From the NCBI GenBank assembly GCA_963727895.1, contig CAVSHT010000004.1, positions 224,001-288,000 on the forward strand: DNA of 64,000 bases, in the 5' to 3' direction. Position numbers and translations under genes: made by a program. This document shows, one piece after another, positions 57,421 through 64,000 of the stretch. Source of the stretch: an uncultured Methanosarcinaceae archaeon (GTDB lineage: Archaea > Halobacteriota > Methanosarcinia > Methanosarcinales > Methanosarcinaceae). The stretch's first letter is position 1; every line of letters begins with the position of its first letter. Below the pieces are notes generated by a model that was not told the origin of the DNA, did no database searches, and saw only the letters and a list, made by a program, of their open reading frames with translations.

Positions 57421-57918
57421 TTGATCAGGGAAAGTAATAATATAATGTATGGAAGGGTAGCAGAAAGAGGACCTCTACAACTGGACATAGGTATAGTTGT
57501 ATCAGGACTTGGAGGTAACTCCAGTCAGGAAAGAGATCAATTCCATGGTCTTATTTCATTTTTTGGCATCGATTTTGGACTCTATGTTGGACCATCATAT
57601 AATCCGTTTCGGACTATAGGACCAAGCATCGGTATTGGTGTAATCCTGGGATCTAATGGTTTTCTGGCTGCAAAAATAGGAATTCATTTCAGAAGATCTT
57701 TTGGTTTAGCAGCACTAATTCCTATAGTTCCTATTTACGGTGCTACCGGAGCAAGTATATTATCTGTACTGCCTATTTCAGAAGGATTTAAAGCTGCAGC
57801 AACTGTTCCATTGCTTTTAGTGCCAGCAGCGGTTGTATATCAGGAAGATATCAATAAATTACATAGACGTGGAACAGACATTTTGATGAAACTGAAAGCC
57901 TATATTCCAAAAAAATAA
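57421..57918 (+). CDS. Gly-rich hydrophobic hypothetical protein
   Basis: 165-codon ORF with elevated GC relative to flanks; no motif recognised; start uncertain. Confidence 0.55.
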   Translation: MIRESNNIMYGRVAERGPLQLDIGIVVSGLGGNSSQERDQFHGLISFFGIDFGLYVGPSYNPFRTIGPSIGIGVILGSNGFLAAKIGIHFRRSFGLAALIPIVPIYGATGASILSVLPISEGFKAAATVPLLLVPAAVVYQEDINKLHRRGTDILMKLKAYIPKK

Positions 57919-58253
57919 GTACGTCATAATGAGAACATGTATATCAGGAAAATGTACTTTATAGCATTAGTTTTGAGCTGAATAGAACATCCATGAACCT
58001 TTTCTGTGAGATTTTCGCTGAAACTGCCTTTAAAGCTTTTTTTACTTTTTCAGTCAATTACGTATTTGACGAGCTTATTATATTAACTGGTTTATAATAT
58101 CTAGATATAATCAATCCAGCGAAAAATATATTCCTTTGATTACAGAATGAAGTTTGTAGAGCTTATGTAGACAGATTAGATGTTTCAAAGGCGAAAAAAT
58201 TGTTTTAATTTATTTGAAAAATTATAAATTCTGACACGACAGGAGGATGCATC

Positions 58254-58886
58254 TTGAAAATCGCAGTTGTGGAAAACGATAACCAGGAATCCAGTTCAAT
58301 ATTTGAACCTGGATTCATTGCAATATATGAAAAAGAAGGTGGGGAATGGAAAGTCCTGAACCGTTTTGAAAATAAAGCTTGTGATGCAGGGGGTATGGCT
58401 GCAGTACGCATGGCTGTGGCTGATCTAATTAAGCAACTCGGCGATGATGTAAAAGTGATTGTTGCAAGTGAAATCCCTGGAATTGCATCCGGGACTTTTC
58501 AAGCAGCTGGTTTCGACATATTTCTTGTGGAAAATAGCAGCGTGTTGAATATTCTTGATTCGATCAAAAAAGATATGGTTGAGACAATTGAGGAACGTCA
58601 GAAAGAACCACCTAAATTTGATATAATGCAATATCTGGAACCTGGAGAAAATGAAGGCGATTTCTCAATTAATATCGAAAAAGTCATGTTTAAACATCCA
58701 GACTTAACTTCAAAGAAAATTCTTATTCCTTATATAAAAAATGGAGAATTCAACAGGCTGGATGTTATCTGCAGTCATCTTCCAAAGTGGTTTGTCACAG
58801 AGTTAGGCTCTATGGGATTTGAATATGAAATTGTTAATGATTTGCCAAATAAAAAGACTGTTAATGTGACGCGTATAAACCCTTAA
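58254..58886 (+). CDS. AnfO-like (Fe-only nitrogenase accessory family) protein
   Basis: MKIAV...SSIFEPGFI, VASEIPGI, LTSKKILIP, CSHLPKWF; ggagg RBS. Confidence 0.8.
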   Translation: MKIAVVENDNQESSSIFEPGFIAIYEKEGGEWKVLNRFENKACDAGGMAAVRMAVADLIKQLGDDVKVIVASEIPGIASGTFQAAGFDIFLVENSSVLNILDSIKKDMVETIEERQKEPPKFDIMQYLEPGENEGDFSINIEKVMFKHPDLTSKKILIPYIKNGEFNRLDVICSHLPKWFVTELGSMGFEYEIVNDLPNKKTVNVTRINP

Positions 58887-59440
58887 AAGTAAGAAATTAC
58901 AGAAAAATGTTTAGTAAAAAAGTTTTAGATCTATTAGAACATAATACAATACGCAAAAGGGATTTTTCATTACAAAAATCCCATTAAACCTTGTTAAATA
59001 TTATTACATAATTTACTCTGTTTCAAACATGAATATAGTTTAGAGATTAAATTTACCCTAATCTCACAAGTCTCTGTCTTAGACTTTTACTTTAATTAGC
59101 TTTTCTTTAATTAGTTTTTACTTTAATTATCGCTTTTTTATGGACATCACAATGTTTCTTAAATATTTCTGTTTCTTAAATATTTCAAAGCTTACTGAAT
59201 ATGGTAATTGAAGCCATAATATTTAAAGTTCCACCTATATTATAATAATAGCAGAGGGAAAATGAAAAATTGGGGAGAGGATGTTACGAGGTTCTTGCAA
59301 TTGACATTACTGGAAAACCTTACAAAGTTGACATTGAAGACCTCTTTTACTTGTCTATATTAAGATATCAGGTATCCTCCACTGAAAAGCAGACTGAAAA
59401 GTCACTAACCAAGTAAAATGATTGACAGGGATAGGTAATT

Positions 59441-60295
59441 ATGGGCAACACAATAGAAATTCAAGAACCTATACCAGCAGTCCGGAAGAATGCCTGGCTA
59501 AAAGTTTTAACCACTGCAGCATTTTTCTATATTTTCTTATTAATAGCCTTGCTGATAACAAAAAATACAAATCTGTTTCCTACTCTGGTAATGGTCGGCA
59601 ACTTTATGGTCCCTGTAGCCTACGTGGCTTTCATATACGAGCGCAGGAACCTCAGTCGTCTGACAATGCCAACTGTCTCCATGGCTTTCTTCTATGGTGG
59701 GCTGCTGGGCATTATTGCAGCATCTATTTTAGAGCCATTTTTTATTCGGCAATTAAATCTTAGTGCAATTCTAAGAATAGGACTTATCGAGGAGTTTACT
59801 AAAATTCTGGGAGTGCTTGTGATTGCACGTCATAAACAACATGACTCCGAAATGGATGGATTGATATTAGGCGCAGCCTCCGGAATGGGGTTTGCAGCTC
59901 TGGAAAGTAGTGGTTATGCTTTTACGGCTCTTTTAGAAAGTCATGGGAATATTTCAGCAACAGTGGAAGTGACTTTACTCCGAGGTCTTCTTTCTCCTCT
60001 TGGACATGGAACCTGGACCGCTATTTTAGCTAGTGTTCTATTTCGAGAAAGCAAAAAATGTGACTTCCGTATTAACTGGAAAGTTATTGGTGCTTATCTG
60101 TTCGTCTCCATTTTACATGCAATGTGGGATGGACTGCCCTTGATAATTTCTTACATCTTAGGACAGGGCTTAGGCGTTTTAATTGCATGGCTTGCGATCG
60201 GTGCTATTGGATTATTTGCTCTCTGGCTCCAATGGAAAGAAGCAATCAGGTTGCAAATGGTTTCACCACCAGAAACCGAGGACACATGTGCTTAA
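59441..60295 (+). CDS. PrsW-family intramembrane glutamic protease
   Basis: GLIEEFTK, GMGFAALE, GHGTWT, LHAMWD. Confidence 0.92.
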   Translation: MGNTIEIQEPIPAVRKNAWLKVLTTAAFFYIFLLIALLITKNTNLFPTLVMVGNFMVPVAYVAFIYERRNLSRLTMPTVSMAFFYGGLLGIIAASILEPFFIRQLNLSAILRIGLIEEFTKILGVLVIARHKQHDSEMDGLILGAASGMGFAALESSGYAFTALLESHGNISATVEVTLLRGLLSPLGHGTWTAILASVLFRESKKCDFRINWKVIGAYLFVSILHAMWDGLPLIISYILGQGLGVLIAWLAIGAIGLFALWLQWKEAIRLQMVSPPETEDTCA

Positions 60296-60325
60296 AAGGG
60301 AATATTATTCGGCTTTGTAGAAATT

Positions 60326-60412
60326 CTCAGAAGTAAATAATCTCTATTTAATTCTCAGCCTCAGAAGTAAATAATCTCTATTTAATTCTCAGATATAACT
60401 AATCTCTATTTA
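60326..60412. repeat. ~33-bp intergenic tandem duplication
   Basis: ctcagaagtaaataatctctatttaattctcag at 60326 and 60360, partial third unit. Confidence 0.75.
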
Positions 60413-60507
60413 TTTGAAATAAATGACATATTCCTGTTTTACGTATTCAATTCTAGCTTCTTAAAACTGGTTTATATAGGTTTTCTACAAAGTCGAGTTT
60501 CACAATT

Positions 60508-62001
60508 TCAAGTATATCTTCCTATGTTGACCTGATTAACAGTTTCTCCGGAATTGTTTGAAGAATCTGAGGAAATATATCCGGTACCAATACACGGAGA
60601 ATTTGACTTCAGGTGATAATCATGTTTGCTTGAGTCTACAAAGAGAGGATTTGCGTAGATATCAGTTGTTGATGTGCAATTCAGATAGTTACCTGCAGAG
60701 TTATTGTACAGACAATTATTTTCCAGCACAAGATTATGTGTTTCAGGAAGATAGTTAATTACTGCATATCCTGTTCCTTCAGGGTCTTTTGTACGTTTCT
60801 GAGTATTTACGATGATGTTATTGCGAACGATTGTCGTATATCCCGGTTTTGGAGAGTAAGCTGGAGAATAACCATTAGGATACATATTGATAATAGCAGC
60901 ATGATATACGCCGTCAAATACATTATTTTCTATGGTTGTATTATGGAATCCGCTAGTTACAATGCCTCCTACCCAGGTAATGTTAGGATTAGTACCTGTA
61001 TCGTAGAAGACGTTATTATGAATATAGACGTTTTTTCCCATGTCTTTGGTATAAGAAACGGTATCATGATTGAAAAGCCAGATTCCAGGCCCATAAGTAT
61101 TATGGATAGTATTATTGTAAATATCAATATCATCCATAACATTTGTAGCTGCTCCGCCTTTTTCTATCTGAATGCCAGGTCCACCTGCACTCCAGTCGTA
61201 GAAAGAATCTATCACGTTATCATGGAATTTAACCTGGTTTGAGTTCCAGACTCTAAGACCACTATTAGTCCTGCAAGTTATTGTATTATTCCAGGCTTCT
61301 ATGTTCTGGCAACGAATGGCGAAGAGACCATCATGTCCCAGTTTGTAGATTTTATTGTTGTAATACTGGATATTAGAACTCCTTTCCGCTCTCAGCCCAT
61401 CTCCATGCCCATCGTGCATATACATGTCATGAACCTGTATATTTTTTGAATTAAGGAAATGGATCATATTGTAATAGCCATCTCCATTTTTCTTATCTTC
61501 ATTATTGTCATGATTTCCATTAATTTCAAAGCCTTTTATGGTGATATTATTGTAGCTTTTATCTGCATCTATTTGTGTTATCAGGGGTTTATTTACTGGC
61601 CAGTCTGCGTTGTCTTCAAGTTTAACTACGGCTGTAGGGTCTCCCTCTAAAACAGTGTTACTGCAGATTAGAATACTATCGGAAATAACATATGTATTTG
61701 GGCCTTTCAGGTAAACAGTTGTGAACTGAGGATTTTCTGCAACATATGCAAGAGCTTTGTTTATTTCTACCTGGTCATCACTTCCATCACAGGTATAATT
61801 CCCACTTCCATCAGCCGCAACATAAACTGTTTTATTATATAGTGAGACAGGAGAATTAGATTGTATTGTATGATGACCGAATATTACCAGTGCAATTAAA
61901 AAAATAAACACTAAAATAAAAAATCCTATTTTTTTCTTGTTTTGCTGCAAGTACTTAAGCTGTTTTTCATTCAGTAAGTACTTGGGATATTTTTCGTTCA
62001 C
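60508..62001 (-). CDS. Membrane-anchored right-handed beta-helix protein (disaggregatase-related)
   Basis: N-terminal TM, VYVAADGSGNYTCDGSDDQVEINKAL, beta-helix repeats, DYHLKSNSPCI, NIGRY. Confidence 0.85.
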   Translation of the reverse strand: MNEKYPKYLLNEKQLKYLQQNKKKIGFFILVFIFLIALVIFGHHTIQSNSPVSLYNKTVYVAADGSGNYTCDGSDDQVEINKALAYVAENPQFTTVYLKGPNTYVISDSILICSNTVLEGDPTAVVKLEDNADWPVNKPLITQIDADKSYNNITIKGFEINGNHDNNEDKKNGDGYYNMIHFLNSKNIQVHDMYMHDGHGDGLRAERSSNIQYYNNKIYKLGHDGLFAIRCQNIEAWNNTITCRTNSGLRVWNSNQVKFHDNVIDSFYDWSAGGPGIQIEKGGAATNVMDDIDIYNNTIHNTYGPGIWLFNHDTVSYTKDMGKNVYIHNNVFYDTGTNPNITWVGGIVTSGFHNTTIENNVFDGVYHAAIINMYPNGYSPAYSPKPGYTTIVRNNIIVNTQKRTKDPEGTGYAVINYLPETHNLVLENNCLYNNSAGNYLNCTSTTDIYANPLFVDSSKHDYHLKSNSPCIGTGYISSDSSNNSGETVNQVNIGRYT

Positions 62002-62362
62002 ATTGTCCCTACTTAAATGTTAATTAATTAAATTGAAAGATATTTACAGTTAACAATTAATTGAAATTATAAAAATAAAATTATTGCAATATTTATAAAG
62101 TATAATGAGCCAGGTATGTAAGCAAAGACTCAACCTTCCTAGTGATTCGGATGAGATATAAATATTATTATGGAAAACTCCTACATTCGATTATAGTCTA
62201 CCAAAAATGTTTTATTTCCAGATACATATTATTTTAGAGGATACATCCTTAAACTTACGGTATCTGGTGAGAATTGCAATTCTTACTTTATAAGGTGTAT
62301 CCGGGCAAACATACTGGGATAAAAACCAGATGGCCTTCATATATCTGGAGGTAGTAATCCGA

Positions 62363-62533
62363 ATGCCTACATGCCAAGACTGCAGATTTTACACGGCTAT
62401 TGATGAAATAAAAGGCGAATGTTTCAGCCTAGGTTTTGAAGTACGAGGAAAAACCGATTCTAAGAAGTGCCCGGAACGGGCTTTCAGACCAAATAAAGGT
62501 TCAAAATCAAAAAAATCAGGAAATAAGTGGTAA
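62363..62533 (+). CDS. Small four-Cys protein (benzylsuccinate synthase gamma-subunit-like pattern)
   Basis: ggagg RBS; MPTCQDCRFY...GEC...CPERAF CxxC-C-C pattern. Confidence 0.65.
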   Translation: MPTCQDCRFYTAIDEIKGECFSLGFEVRGKTDSKKCPERAFRPNKGSKSKKSGNKW

Positions 62534-62813
62534 TAATTAAAAAATAAACGAATAAAAGGTACAAATAAGCTCAGAATATGAAGGATCTCAACTTGAGGTT
62601 TAAAGTGAAATAGGAACTGAAATCAACCTCTAACCCTGGGAATTCCGGAACGCCTAAATAACTTTTTTTTGCTTGCCGGAATTATAAAACTTAAAAGAAA
62701 TTTTTGTTATATTTTTTTGCGTTTATTTTAATAATTATCAACAAAAAAGGACACTTTTTGTTCCTTCAGATAAATGAATTTTCAAAAATATCTACATGTT
62801 TAATTGAATTGTT

Positions 62814-63670
62814 GGTTCCGTTGCAAAAAATATCTGCTAAGGATATAATTAAAATAAAAATGAAATCAAAGATAGTGATATGCTATCTAATTCCTTTAAA
62901 TGGAAGCACTTTGTTGGTGAAATTATTTTATTGAATGTTAGATGGTACTTAAAATACCCACTTAGTTATAGAAATTTAAAGGAAATGATGGCAGAAAGAG
63001 GGATAATAGTCAACCATACAACCATTATGAGATGGGTACATCAATATTCACCTGAAATCGAAAAGAAGGTCAGAAGGCATTTAAGACCAACAAACGACTC
63101 TTGGAGAGTTGATGAAACTTATATCAGAGTTAAAGGTGAATGGAAATATTTTTACCGAGCAGTTGACTCAAATGGAGATACAATTGATTTCATGTTAAGT
63201 GCAAAACGAAATAAAAAAGCAGCAAAACGTTTCTTTAAGAAAGCTTTGAACTCTAATCATAATCAAATTCCAAGAGTAATCACAGTTGACAAAAATCCAG
63301 CTTATCCACCTGCTATAGATAAACTGAAAAATGATAAAATACTACCTATAAACGTAGGCATTCGACAAATCAAATATTTGAATAACATTATAGAACAGGA
63401 TCATAGATCCATTAAACGAATAGTTAATCCAATGTTAGGATTTCAGTCTTTTCATACAGCCATTAAAACTTTAAAAGGAATTGAAGCTATGAATATGATT
63501 AAAAAAGGACAAATCAAGAACTTAAATTACTCTGGCTTTAATGAAGCTAAATATATTAATCAATTATTTGGAATAGTTCTATAATATTGACATATCTTTT
63601 TGAATATTTTAACTTTTATTCATTATTCATAGATTTACAGGCTTATTCTAAGATTTTTTGCAACGGAACC
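62814..63670 (+). mobile_element. IS6-family element, intact transposase 62880-63584
   Basis: TIR ggttccgttgcaaaaaa; near-identical to 44615-45471; no target duplication. Confidence 0.96.
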
Positions 63671-64000
63671 TTAGAAAGTATATTTCTTCATGAACTGCCC
63701 AAAATGTAATAGTTCCAGTCACAAAAAGAATGGTATAGTTGGCGGGCGTCAACGGTACAAATGCTCTGATTGTGGATATAACTATACAGTAGAGCTAAAA
63801 TCAACTGCTTTTTCCGCCTCTGTTAAAAAACAGGCTTTACAACTTTACCTTGAAGGATTGGGCTTTCGTTCAATAGGAAGATTTTAGGGGTGAGTCATGT
63901 TTCTGTCCAAAAACGGATCAAGAAATTTGGTCAAGAGTGAGAGAATCTAAAAAGTGAAAGTGAGATATCTATTGTTGAAATGGATGAGATGCACACTTAC
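63671..64000 (+). mobile_element. IS1-family element copy 7, left end removed by IS6, runs off window
   Basis: Begins at internal ttagaaagtatatttcttcatg directly after IS6 end; InsA frameshifted near 63885. Confidence 0.9.

Overview
AT-rich archaeal chromosome segment, almost certainly Methanosarcina (mtsA/mtsB methylthiol:CoM methyltransferase, NosD/beta-helix surface proteins, archaeal tRNA-Gln, NOG1, RNase HII). Housekeeping blocks (cyclophilin, leuC/hacA-type dehydratase, hisE, NOG1, rnhB, ade, glycogen debranching enzyme + GH130) are interleaved with a heavy mobile-element load: seven copies of a ~740-bp IS1-family element, two IS6 copies, two decayed larger IS1-like elements, several MITEs with readable inverted repeats and target duplications, and many IS-truncated or frameshifted genes. 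No CRISPR array, rRNA or recognisable defence operon was seen. The most interesting candidates are: (i) a decayed integrative element at ~3.5-6.9 kb carrying a tyrosine integrase, a divergent extra clamp-loader (RFC small subunit) and a ParB-domain gene; (ii) a hidden frameshifted tandem-RHH/thioredoxin-fold fusion at 9.55-10.19 kb; (iii) an intact stand-alone InsA-like Zn-ribbon/HTH gene that may be a domesticated transposase fragment; (iv) a switch-like cluster of mutually exclusive complementary motifs upstream of a small Cys-rich gene at 62.2-62.5 kb. None is proven novel from sequence alone; all annotation is by motif recognition without database searches.
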